Assembly (NCBI GenBank): GCA_964643955.1
Contig: CAZXUO010000001.1
Location: forward strand, 78,314-142,313
Direction of reading: 5' to 3'
Source of the DNA: an uncultured Candidatus Saccharibacteria bacterium
GTDB lineage: Bacteria; Patescibacteriota; Minisyncoccia; Phycocordibacterales; UBA918
Length of the DNA: 64,000 bases
The notes below the pieces were generated by a model. That model ran no database searches, was not told the DNA's origin, and saw only the letters and a program-made list of their open reading frames with translations. This document shows positions 40,963 to 50,129 of the stretch, in pieces (within the stretch, counting starts at the first letter, position 1; each line of letters starts with the position of its first letter). Both the position numbers and the translations under genes were made by a program.

Positions 40963-41586
40963 CTACACTTCCAAGTAATCAATATTTATCTGCACCGTGG
41001 TCGTTCCTGATATCACACAATATAACACCTGATCTACTCCTCCTTCGATATAGTTCGGGTGGTTATTTGATCCATAGAGGCCACCCGCCTTAGGAGCGAC
41101 ATATTTTTCATGATCTGTTCCACCTACGGTAAATCGAAACGATACGGATGTCGCATCCGCTGTGAGTGAGAATCGAGATGCATACACTCTAATCTTATTT
41201 CCAGATGCAGGTGTATGGACATTCCCTGAAGCTGAAAGATTGATAGAAAGTTTTGAGACCCCCTGCCCCGCAATGAGTGACTCGAGTGTCTCTTCTGTTG
41301 CCGGATTTATCCTATCGTTACTTGCATCTTTCACACCAATCACGCTCGAAGAAGGCGTACTTCCCATAATGAGCGCCTCTGCCTTATTGGGAAGTAGTTG
41401 CGAGGCCACGAGACCAACGCCAGCCACTCCTGCTATTTTAAGAAATGCTCTTTTTTTGTTATCTGGCGCTGTATCTGATGTTACGACCTCTGCATCAACG
41501 GCTCGAGGACGAGAAATGGTTGGAGCAAGCACATTCTTCTTTGAGACGAGTCTGAATGAGTGCTTCAGTGGGAGCTTTGTAAACAT
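40963..41586 (-). CDS. Putative Tat substrate (KR-variant twin-arginine signal)
   Basis: NKKRAFLKIAGVAGVGLVASQLLPNKAEA; same operon as tatAC. Confidence 0.8.
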   Translation of the reverse strand: MFTKLPLKHSFRLVSKKNVLAPTISRPRAVDAEVVTSDTAPDNKKRAFLKIAGVAGVGLVASQLLPNKAEALIMGSTPSSSVIGVKDASNDRINPATEETLESLIAGQGVSKLSINLSASGNVHTPASGNKIRVYASRFSLTADATSVSFRFTVGGTDHEKYVAPKAGGLYGSNNHPNYIEGGVDQVLYCVISGTTTVQINIDYLEV

Positions 41587-41691
41587 GGAATTGCGTTAGC
41601 CCAAGTATACCTGTGTGCTAAGCTATAGAAGAAATAATAAATGTTGATAGCATGAAGATGTGTGCATAAGTTCGAGCTTTCATACTTAAAA

Positions 41692-44670
41692 ATGCACAAC
41701 CGTGCACAGAATATACGCAGTGTCCTTCTCCTTTCAAAGTTCGTCTTTGGGATTGCTTTTTTCTTTACACTCTCATATAGCAATGTGGTGCATGCTGCAT
41801 ACGAAAAGTTTTCTGCAGGAAGTACGGCGACTATCGGAGAGTTTGTGTACGAAGATGATTTCACTCCGTCAAGCGAGGACTGTATACTCTCAATATATAG
41901 TCCGAGCGGCAGCACTGAGGTGAACGCAGCCACAATGGATGAGGAAGCAAATGGCTGGCACTTCTATGAGTACGCGGTACCTTCAAGTGGGCCTGAGGGC
42001 ATCTGGCCTGCATTCATGAGTTGCGGTACGGCTCTCGACGGAGATCTCGTAAAAATGGACAAGACCTTTTCAGTTGGTGCGGTAAATGTCTCAAGTACAA
42101 CCATCGCAACAGCTGTATGGAATAGCTCGACTCGAACACTAAGTTCATTCGGCTCATTGGTATCTACTATTTGGTCAAATGCCACACGTACCCTCACTGG
42201 TGCAACGCTGGATTCTGGCTCACTTGCAACACAATCCGATGTGACTTCAGCATCTTCATCACTCAATGCTGCAATTAGCGCAAGTACCGCTACCATCAAT
42301 ACAAATACGGATAGCGAAATACTGAACGCAAGTACATCGCTCGCGTCAAATATTAATGCGAATACTAATAGCGCGACCGCGGGTATCACTTCAGCGGTGA
42401 ATGCGAATACCAATTCTGCAATTGCAACTGCATCATCCTCTCTTTTTGCAACACTTCCAGGAGCAATATGGTCGTATAGTGCTCGGACGTTGACCTCATT
42501 TGGAACGCTGGTCGCAAATGTGTGGTCAAATGCCACACGTACGCTCACGGGCGCAACGCTGGATTCTGGCTCACTTGCAACGCAGGCAAATATAACGACA
42601 GCGAGTTCTTCTCTCGGAGCAGCAATCACGGGAGGAGTGGCGACGGTGAATAGCAATACAAACAACGCAGTACTTGCAGCGAGTACGTCACTGGCTTCAA
42701 ACATAAATCAAAATACTGACAGCGAAGCTGCAAATATCACCTCAACAGTAAATGCGAATACGAATGCAGTAGTCCAGAGTGCTTCATCGTCTCTCTTTGC
42801 CAGTCTTCCGGGTGCGATATGGTCGTACAGCGCACGTACACTTACGTCGTTTGGAACACTCGTAACAAATGTCTGGTCAAATGCCACACGTACGCTCACG
42901 GGCGCAACGCTGGATTCTGGCTCACTTGCAACACAATCCGATGTGACTTCAGCATCTTCATCACTCAATGCTGCAATTAGCGCAAGTACCGCTACCATCA
43001 ATACAAATACGGATAGCGAAATACTGAACGCAAGTACATCGCTCGCGTCAAATATTAATGCGAATACTAATAGCGCGACCGCGGGTATCACTTCAGCGGT
43101 GAATGCGAATACCGACAGTGAGATAGCAGCAGCAAGTACATCACTTGCCGCAAGCATAAATGCAAACACGAATAATGCAATTGCAAGTGCCTCAACATCG
43201 CTTGCCGCAGCTATTTCTGCAGGTACGGCCGATATTAATGCTGAGATACAATCAGCAAGTTCATCGCTTGCGACGGGAATCCTCACAAATCGTGCCCTCA
43301 TTAATAGTCTCAACGATATTTCTGCAGCAGATGTATGGTCTGCGGGCACACGCACACTCACTGCATATGGGACATCTACTGGCGCGAGTGCGTCTAGCAC
43401 CGCAACTGCGGTTTGGAATATGGCGTCTGCTCAGCTCACGAGCGTAGGAAGCATAGGCAAGCTGCTTGCCGACAATATTGACGCTGAGATTTCTTCACGC
43501 GGTACAAGTAGTTTGACTGCAGCAGAAGTCTGGGCTGCAGGCACACGCACACTAAGTGATTACAACACATCAGCACTCTCCACTGCGGTAACAACCGCCG
43601 TCTGGGCAAATGCCGCGAGAACACTCACTAACTATGGTAATGATATTACTGCAGCGCAAGTATGGGACGCACTTACCTCTGGGCTCACGTCGGTGGATTC
43701 AATTGGAAAACTTCTCGTTGATAATGTGAACACGACCGTTTCCTCTCGTGCATCACTCGCAAACCAAACTGCTGGTTGGACTATTACAATGTCTGATTAT
43801 AGTTCGGTTCAAGCGGGCGAAACATACCGCGCGCGCATTGAAGTTAGAAATAGTAACAGTGTTCCCACAGCTCCCTTTGACACTCCAAACGTCACGCTCT
43901 ACGACGCAGAACGCAATATAACAGTATCAGCAGTAGATATGACGAGTGTCGCTACAGGCGTGTACGAATATACATACGCTGTATCGGATAGTGCCTCACA
44001 AGGTGTATGGGAAACTATCGTAAGTACTGAGGTAGAAAGTGGTAAAACACTTACAAACAATGACTACTGGATCGTTGCGGGCTCTCCAGCGCAAGTCATC
44101 ATTAATAGTGTGACTGGAGAAATACCAACGGCAACTGCAAACGTGACGATTACAAATGAAGGCCTTGCCGGCTACGAGTACCAATACGAATGGTGTGTCG
44201 TATCTGCTTCAAACAATCAGTGCGGGGGCGGAGATGATGTCTATCATGCCACCGGCGCAAAATTCATTAATCCTAGCGAGGATTGGAACACCAATCTTAC
44301 AGCAACCGTTTCTTCTGCTGGTTCATACTACTTTAAACTCATCGTCTACTTCGGCACTGATCGCTCAGGTTCTTCAAGAACCTTTATATTTGAGGGAGAC
44401 GAGGAAGATCCACCTCCACAAGGAGGCGGAGGTGGTGGTAAAAGCGGTGGAGGATCAGCTTCCGTAAGCGCGCCAAGGTCATGTGTGGGTGCTAACTTCA
44501 ATGGCGACCGGATTACTAATTCAATTGATTTCTCTATTCTCCTCTCCTACTGGAAACTCCCACCTCCTGCAACAAACAAATGTGTAGACATCAGCGGTGA
44601 CAATATTATCAACTCTGTTGACTTCTCAATTCTCCTTTCCCAGTGGGGTACCAAAGGATCTGCCCTATAA
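41692..44670 (+). CDS. Secreted repeat-stalk protein with C-terminal dockerin
   Basis: Sec signal (VHA); VWSNATRTLT repeats; Ig-like domains; Gly linker; duplicated (D/N)xxxDxxxNSxDFSILLSxW. Confidence 0.85.
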   Translation: MHNRAQNIRSVLLLSKFVFGIAFFFTLSYSNVVHAAYEKFSAGSTATIGEFVYEDDFTPSSEDCILSIYSPSGSTEVNAATMDEEANGWHFYEYAVPSSGPEGIWPAFMSCGTALDGDLVKMDKTFSVGAVNVSSTTIATAVWNSSTRTLSSFGSLVSTIWSNATRTLTGATLDSGSLATQSDVTSASSSLNAAISASTATINTNTDSEILNASTSLASNINANTNSATAGITSAVNANTNSAIATASSSLFATLPGAIWSYSARTLTSFGTLVANVWSNATRTLTGATLDSGSLATQANITTASSSLGAAITGGVATVNSNTNNAVLAASTSLASNINQNTDSEAANITSTVNANTNAVVQSASSSLFASLPGAIWSYSARTLTSFGTLVTNVWSNATRTLTGATLDSGSLATQSDVTSASSSLNAAISASTATINTNTDSEILNASTSLASNINANTNSATAGITSAVNANTDSEIAAASTSLAASINANTNNAIASASTSLAAAISAGTADINAEIQSASSSLATGILTNRALINSLNDISAADVWSAGTRTLTAYGTSTGASASSTATAVWNMASAQLTSVGSIGKLLADNIDAEISSRGTSSLTAAEVWAAGTRTLSDYNTSALSTAVTTAVWANAARTLTNYGNDITAAQVWDALTSGLTSVDSIGKLLVDNVNTTVSSRASLANQTAGWTITMSDYSSVQAGETYRARIEVRNSNSVPTAPFDTPNVTLYDAERNITVSAVDMTSVATGVYEYTYAVSDSASQGVWETIVSTEVESGKTLTNNDYWIVAGSPAQVIINSVTGEIPTATANVTITNEGLAGYEYQYEWCVVSASNNQCGGGDDVYHATGAKFINPSEDWNTNLTATVSSAGSYYFKLIVYFGTDRSGSSRTFIFEGDEEDPPPQGGGGGGKSGGGSASVSAPRSCVGANFNGDRITNSIDFSILLSYWKLPPPATNKCVDISGDNIINSVDFSILLSQWGTKGSAL
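42172..43113 (+). repeat. Intragenic 351-bp (117-aa) tandem repeat, about 2.7 units
   Basis: 42202-42411 is identical to 42904-43113 (offset 702); the middle unit is diverged. Confidence 0.9.
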
Positions 44671-44677
44671 ACTCATT

Positions 44678-45559
44678 ATGCATAACGCACTGACATCATT
44701 TCTCATTATAGGCATAGCGCTCAGCGGCTTTGTAACGCCTCTCTTGACACATGCTATGAGTATATACGTAGAAATGCCCGAGAAGGCATTACGTGTGGGA
44801 AACACGACCTTTCTTGATGTCATGGTAGATACTGAAGATACTGAAATAAATGCAATTGAAGGAACGGTCACATTCGAAGATCCTCGATTTATTACGACGA
44901 TTTCCACAGGTGGCTCTATTTTTACGCTCTGGCCCCGAAGACCCTCAGTAGACGCAGATCGTATATCCTTTACCGGAGGAACAATTTCAGGAGTTTTTGG
45001 CAATGCACTCAAACTTTTTACCATAGTCGTGACTCCCACAACGCAAGACCTAGTCTCCATAAATTTTGGTGGCGTAACCGCGTATCTCAATGACGGAAAA
45101 GGAACTCCCGTCTCACTTTCCGGCTCATCACTTGAATTACCCGTATTCCCTATTGGTAACTCGGAAAATGAACTTGCTACACAGATTTCAACAGACATCA
45201 CTCCTCCACAAGAATTTTTAGTAGAACTTGGTAGGGATCCTTCGGTATATGATGGAAAATACTTTATAAGTTTTTTTGCAAGTGATAGTGAGTCGGGAAT
45301 TAATAGATACGAGGTTATCGAGAACGACTACCCCATGGTTCGTTCAGGAAATGCGTACGTGTTACAAGACCAATCACTACACGGAACGGTTGAAGTGCGT
45401 GCTGTCGATAATGCCGGAAATACACTCTCAAAAACATTAGCATTACAGGATACTGAAGAAATTGCGCCATCCTCATACGCAATAGTTCTTATCATAATCC
45501 TTGGCGCGCTCATTGTTGGGTGTATATTTTACATACGGTACATTCGTAGAAAAAAATAA
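44678..45559 (+). CDS. Cohesin-domain protein with C-terminal TM anchor
   Basis: Signal; INAIEGTVTF...GGSIFTLW...ISFTGG...LNDGKGT; TM followed by RRKK. Confidence 0.8.
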   Translation: MHNALTSFLIIGIALSGFVTPLLTHAMSIYVEMPEKALRVGNTTFLDVMVDTEDTEINAIEGTVTFEDPRFITTISTGGSIFTLWPRRPSVDADRISFTGGTISGVFGNALKLFTIVVTPTTQDLVSINFGGVTAYLNDGKGTPVSLSGSSLELPVFPIGNSENELATQISTDITPPQEFLVELGRDPSVYDGKYFISFFASDSESGINRYEVIENDYPMVRSGNAYVLQDQSLHGTVEVRAVDNAGNTLSKTLALQDTEEIAPSSYAIVLIIILGALIVGCIFYIRYIRRKK

Positions 45560-47304
45560 TGAAACATTTCTTTATATTTGTTGTCGTTTGTGTACTTAGT
45601 GGTATCGCCTTGCCACTTTCAGCAGAAGCTGCAGAGATGTATCTCGTGCTCGATAAAACCCAAGTCACTGAGCAGGGCACATTTTCTGGAACGGTCTATG
45701 TATCAACAGGAGGTGTTGCGATAAACAATGCTGAAAGTACGCTGCATTTCCCTACCGACCTCATCAGTGTCGACTCAGTCAGTATCGTCGGTTCAATATT
45801 TAATATCTGGGTCGAGCAACCAACGTACTCAAATACCGCTGGCACCGTGTACTTCAACGGAGGACTGCCTACACCCGGTTATTCTGGAGAAGCAGGTAAT
45901 TCTTTACGTATTAATTTCAGAGCAAAGAAATCAGGAACTGCAAATATTACCTTTGGCACCTCAGCCATTAGAGCAAACGATGGAAAGGGTACCGACGTAC
46001 TCACAAATAGACGTGGAGGTAGTATCGCAGTGACAAGCGGATTCATTACTCTTCCCCAAACAACTCCCGTCGTACCTACCACACAACCTCAACCTGTTTC
46101 GGAAAACACAACGGATCTACGTGGTCCTGCAATTGTTTCAGAAGACATGCCCAACCAAGACGCGTGGTACAACAAGACAACGGGAAATTTCTCATGGGCA
46201 TTGCCTGAAGGTATTACAACCGTACAGTTGATTTTGAGTAGACTCTCAAGTACAGTCCCAACTGTAATATACGAACCTCCAATTAAGAATAAGACTCTCT
46301 CGGACCTCTCAGAAGGCATTCTCTACCTGAACGGTCGATTCAAAGATACTACCGGCTGGAGCAGGGTTAGCAGTAGAAAAATTCAGATCGACCTCACAGA
46401 GCCTGAGAGTCTTTTTGCAAAATCCACCATAACAAAGGACGACACTGTTTTAATTGAGGTATCAGCACTAGATACTCTTTCAGGAATCAAGAGTTACACA
46501 GTCTATGACGGTGAAGACAAGCTCGCCGAAGAAGCAGCGCACGACGGTGCTTCTGTCAAAATACAGCTCCCTCCACTTCAGCCTGGCACTCACTCCCTCA
46601 CTGTTCGCGTCTACGATAATGCAGAAAACTATGCAGAAACAAAAATTTCTGTAGATGCCCCAACAATGAAGCCACCGCGCATTACGCAGTATCCTCAGTT
46701 CCTCACCGCTGGCTCAAAAATAGAGATTACTGGTACAACACCATATAGTGACGGAGTTACACTCCTGTGGATAAAGGAAGAAAAGAAGGAAACCTTGAGC
46801 TATCCAGTCAGTCTCGATGCTCAAGGAACTTTTACATATACCACAGAGAAGATAAAGAACCCTGGGATAGTGAGTCTATGGGCAGAAACGATTAGAGAAG
46901 GACAGACAACAGGCATTTCATCTGAGAAAGTTTACATAGATGTTGAGGGCAAAGATGCATTGAGTCTGGGGACTGGAGCAATTCAAATAGTATCCCTCGT
47001 CATCACCCTACTCGTCTTACTATTCGGAGTTCTCGCACTCATATACCTTGGTATGAGAAAACTTAATAGATTCAAACGCACGCTTCGAAGGGATCTCATT
47101 CACACCGAGCGAGAAGTACATAAAATATTTAAAATCCTTAAGAGTGATACCAAGCGCCATCTAACGATGCTTGAGCGGGCACGGAAGAAAAGGAAGCTTA
47201 CACGAGAGGAGAATAAGATATTCACTGAGCTCTCAGAAAATCTTGACGAGACTGAACAATACCTCGCTGAAAAGATACAAAATATTGAAGAACAAAATCT
47301 ATAA
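45559..47304 (+). CDS. Cohesin plus Ig-like domain protein with TM and cytoplasmic tail
   Basis: Signal AEA; INNAESTLHFP...SIFNIWVEQP...FNGGLPTPG...ANDGKGT. Confidence 0.82.
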   Translation: MKHFFIFVVVCVLSGIALPLSAEAAEMYLVLDKTQVTEQGTFSGTVYVSTGGVAINNAESTLHFPTDLISVDSVSIVGSIFNIWVEQPTYSNTAGTVYFNGGLPTPGYSGEAGNSLRINFRAKKSGTANITFGTSAIRANDGKGTDVLTNRRGGSIAVTSGFITLPQTTPVVPTTQPQPVSENTTDLRGPAIVSEDMPNQDAWYNKTTGNFSWALPEGITTVQLILSRLSSTVPTVIYEPPIKNKTLSDLSEGILYLNGRFKDTTGWSRVSSRKIQIDLTEPESLFAKSTITKDDTVLIEVSALDTLSGIKSYTVYDGEDKLAEEAAHDGASVKIQLPPLQPGTHSLTVRVYDNAENYAETKISVDAPTMKPPRITQYPQFLTAGSKIEITGTTPYSDGVTLLWIKEEKKETLSYPVSLDAQGTFTYTTEKIKNPGIVSLWAETIREGQTTGISSEKVYIDVEGKDALSLGTGAIQIVSLVITLLVLLFGVLALIYLGMRKLNRFKRTLRRDLIHTEREVHKIFKILKSDTKRHLTMLERARKKRKLTREENKIFTELSENLDETEQYLAEKIQNIEEQNL

Positions 47305-47928
47305 CGCTTCCTGATCAGATGGTGTCTCTACTTCTTCGGACTCAATCATATTGGTATCTACTGTTTCAGCCGATATCACCTCAGTGGGCGCTCTAAGCGA
47401 TGCGAATGTTGTCGTCGTTCCGATTTCCGTCAATGTCGTCTCCTCTACAACCAGTTCCTCTCCCGTAAGAGCAAGGGTAATTTGTAATGGTTCTGCATAG
47501 GGACCAGCTTCATCGCCTAAAATATGTAGTACACGCGTCTTTTCACTGAGATTGTCTGTAGTAGAAGCTACCCCATACCAGCTCATTGAATTGTCACGTA
47601 CACTCTCGCACTGTTTCGTAAGCGAAAAAGTATCGTCTTTAGAAAAGGCGAGCGCAAAAGACATATAGTAGGAATTTACACACAAGCCATCACTTTCTTT
47701 CTGTGGTCCTGAGTAATAAACCGCATTAAAAGCATCGCCTGTCTCCTGAACGGGCTTTCGATCAGAAAGCACAATAGGGACCAATCCTGATTGGGAAACT
47801 CCCCCTATACGCTCTTCCAAGAATGCAAATACCGCGGTATTTGTACTTAAATAACGATAAGCTAGAAATCCCGGTATAAGACCGAGTGTACTAACTAACA
47901 TAACGAGTGCGTATTCCTTGTAAGTCAT
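47299..47928 (-). CDS. Membrane-anchored hypothetical protein
   Basis: N-terminal TM; TATACT box upstream. Confidence 0.65.
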   Translation of the reverse strand: MTYKEYALVMLVSTLGLIPGFLAYRYLSTNTAVFAFLEERIGGVSQSGLVPIVLSDRKPVQETGDAFNAVYYSGPQKESDGLCVNSYYMSFALAFSKDDTFSLTKQCESVRDNSMSWYGVASTTDNLSEKTRVLHILGDEAGPYAEPLQITLALTGEELVVEETTLTEIGTTTTFASLRAPTEVISAETVDTNMIESEEVETPSDQEAL

Positions 47929-47950
47929 ATTGCCTAAGTATACATGGACA

Positions 47951-47983
47951 CGAAAACAGCGGCGAATGAAGCCGCTGTTTTCG
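47951..47983. terminator. Hairpin
   Basis: cgaaaacagcggc-gaatgaa-gccgctgttttcg. Confidence 0.65.
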
Positions 47984-47984
47984 T

Positions 47985-48140
47985 AGCCATAGTATTCTTC
48001 CCGTAATGTATCTCCCTCGTCAGGAATCTTCCACGGAGCAACTAGAATCAGTTTTGCGGCTTTGCGCTTAGTATTGCCAAGTCATCTAACCAAAAACGCA
48101 CCCCAAGCGTACTATGGTGCTCAACTTTTACTTTTTCCAT
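47985..48140 (-). pseudogene. Gene debris: alpha/beta-hydrolase-like internal fragment joined to a short N-terminal stub
   Basis: GAFLVR*LGNTKRKAAKLILVAPWKIPD with an internal TGA at 48082-48084; MEKVKVEHHSTLG in another frame. Confidence 0.5.
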
Positions 48141-48179
48141 CCTTCCATTCTATCAGAACACAGTGTGTGGAAAGTAAAG

Positions 48180-49472
48180 CTACATCACCTCACCGAGGAC
48201 CGGCATGCCGAGTCGTTGACGAAGATTTTCTCCACTGAGGAGACTCGATCTACGTGCAGGGACATCTACGCTTTTAACTGCCTGAGCGAGCGTCTTCAGT
48301 GTTGTACCAAGAAATACCGTATGTCGTCCAAACTTATCATCAAGAGAATCGACGACTGCATACACTCTCCTCCAGCGCGTGAGCTCAACGCTTGCACCAA
48401 AGAGATCCATCTGTTCGTTTTCGTACGGCGTCAGATTCATGAGTACCACACCCGTCGCGCGATACTCCGCCCCAGGTTTATAGACTTCACTAAAATCTTC
48501 TTTGATTATTTTAATAATCTCACTCGGGACTGAAAGTGGATTTGAGAGCGTAAATTCAAACCCTTTATACTCAAACTCCTGGGTCTTCAAAAAGAAGAAG
48601 ACCTTTTCTGCGGAGAGGCCGTGGCGACGTGCTTTAGCACAGGCATCCTCAACATTCTTTGAGAGCTGGGAGAATATGAAATCTTTGTCGGTCGAAGGTG
48701 GCGTAAATGTCCGTGTCTTACTGATGCTTTGGTAATCATGCTTTTCTACGGTATTGATCGCATGGATTGATACTCCCTGAAGCTCATACCATATTTCTCG
48801 ATACGGCTTACTCATATGCTTCTCAATCCACTCTTCGGACTTCTCGACATATTCAAGTGCCGTGCGCACTCCAAGCTTTTCAAGATACTCAGTCGTCTGT
48901 CGTCCGATACCCCACACATATCCAACAGGAAGTGTTTTTAAAAACGTTCGTATCTTATTACTTGGAATGCACGTGAGTCCCGCAGGCTTCTTCCACTTTG
49001 AGCCGACTTTTGCAAGTACTTTTGTTGAAGAGAGTCCGACAGAAAAGGTAATGCCGAGCTCATTCTCAAGATCGTGTTTGATCGCCGCAGCCATTTCTTC
49101 GTACGACATATGGAGCGGCCCTCGAAGTCCCGTGAGATCTGCAAAACATTCATCAATACTATATTCCTCAACATCAGGCGTATATCGCCTTACGATCTCA
49201 TACATGCGACGCGAAAACATACTATATGTCTCATAGTCGGACGGAAGAATAATGACATCAGGACATATCTTGCGAACTTCAGTGAGCTTCATTGCGCGTG
49301 TGATACCGCGCGCTCGCGCTTCATAGCTCATCGACGAAGCAATGCCGCGTTCTTTTCCCGTAACGATTGGCTTGCCACGCAATGATGGGTTCATCGCCAC
49401 TTCGCACGATGTGAAAAATGAATCGCCGTCGATGTGGAGGATAGCTCGTTTGAAAGGTTGTGGTGCTGGCAT
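48180..49472 (-). CDS. dinB: DNA polymerase IV (Y family)
   Basis: HIDGDSFF, SYEAR, YSIDE, KKPAG, VWGIG. Confidence 0.93.
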   Translation of the reverse strand: MPAPQPFKRAILHIDGDSFFTSCEVAMNPSLRGKPIVTGKERGIASSMSYEARARGITRAMKLTEVRKICPDVIILPSDYETYSMFSRRMYEIVRRYTPDVEEYSIDECFADLTGLRGPLHMSYEEMAAAIKHDLENELGITFSVGLSSTKVLAKVGSKWKKPAGLTCIPSNKIRTFLKTLPVGYVWGIGRQTTEYLEKLGVRTALEYVEKSEEWIEKHMSKPYREIWYELQGVSIHAINTVEKHDYQSISKTRTFTPPSTDKDFIFSQLSKNVEDACAKARRHGLSAEKVFFFLKTQEFEYKGFEFTLSNPLSVPSEIIKIIKEDFSEVYKPGAEYRATGVVLMNLTPYENEQMDLFGASVELTRWRRVYAVVDSLDDKFGRHTVFLGTTLKTLAQAVKSVDVPARRSSLLSGENLRQRLGMPVLGEVM

Positions 49473-49473
49473 A

Positions 49474-50037
49474 TTAGTATCGTCTGATGACTGCTTGTAC
49501 GACCGCTTCGATCTGCATCTCATTTTCTGGATAGATCGGCTTGAATCGTTTGTTTGCCGCCTCAAGGTATGTCTGCCCATTCCGCTGTCGGAGATATTTC
49601 ATCGTGTAACTCCCATCAACACACGCGATGACGATATTCCCCGGCTTCGGCACTTTGCCACGCTCGACGAGCACCATGTCGCCTTCCATAATTCCCGCGT
49701 CGATCATCGAGTCACCTTTCACCTTAAGCATAAACGTCGCTTCTTTATTCTTTATGAGAAACTCATCGAGACTCATCGTATCGATGAGCTCTTCTTCAGC
49801 CGCCGTTGGAAAACCTGCCTCTACATACCCGAGGAGAAATATTTCGTCAGTGAGCTGATTGGGAATAAGGCGACCCTGCTTATCTTTTGCGAGTACACCT
49901 TCCGCTATCAATTTCTTTACCGCATAGTGGACCGCGCTCTTTGTCTTGTAATGAAAGAGCTCGAGCATCTCAGAGTACGTCGGCATGCGACGACGCGCTC
50001 GGTAGAACATGAGTATTCTTTCTCGGTTCGAATTCAT
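49474..50037 (-). CDS. lexA: LexA repressor
   Basis: HTH (PTYSEM), A-G cleavage site (EAGFP), catalytic Ser (GDSM) and Lys (TMK). Confidence 0.9.
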   Translation of the reverse strand: MNSNRERILMFYRARRRMPTYSEMLELFHYKTKSAVHYAVKKLIAEGVLAKDKQGRLIPNQLTDEIFLLGYVEAGFPTAAEEELIDTMSLDEFLIKNKEATFMLKVKGDSMIDAGIMEGDMVLVERGKVPKPGNIVIACVDGSYTMKYLRQRNGQTYLEAANKRFKPIYPENEMQIEAVVQAVIRRY

Positions 50038-50046
50038 ACCCACAGT

Positions 50047-50070
50047 GTATTAGAACGTTCGTTCTAATAC
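50047..50070. promoter_or_regulatory. Putative LexA operator (GAAC-N4-GTTC)
   Basis: gtattagaac-gttc-gttctaatac, perfect 10-bp arms overlapping the lexA -10 (TACACT). Confidence 0.8.
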
Positions 50071-50129
50071 AAGTGGATAACTACTTCATCACCTGTGTAA
50101 TAAAAGCAGCGAGTGCTTTTCATCAATAC

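Noticed and set aside
42172-43113. Possible CRISPR array or DGR template/variable repeat pair
   Set aside because: In-frame coding repeats; no spacers, no adenine-specific mismatches and no cas or reverse transcriptase gene in the window
41964-43400. Long minus-strand ORFs (246 and 230 aa)
   Set aside because: Antisense to the Ala/Ser/Thr repeat stalk
37676-44670. Prophage
   Set aside because: No integrase, terminase, portal, capsid or lysis genes
48082-48084. TGA recoding (alternative genetic code)
   Set aside because: TGA ends several intact genes here (e.g. uvrB, dus); this case lies in a remnant
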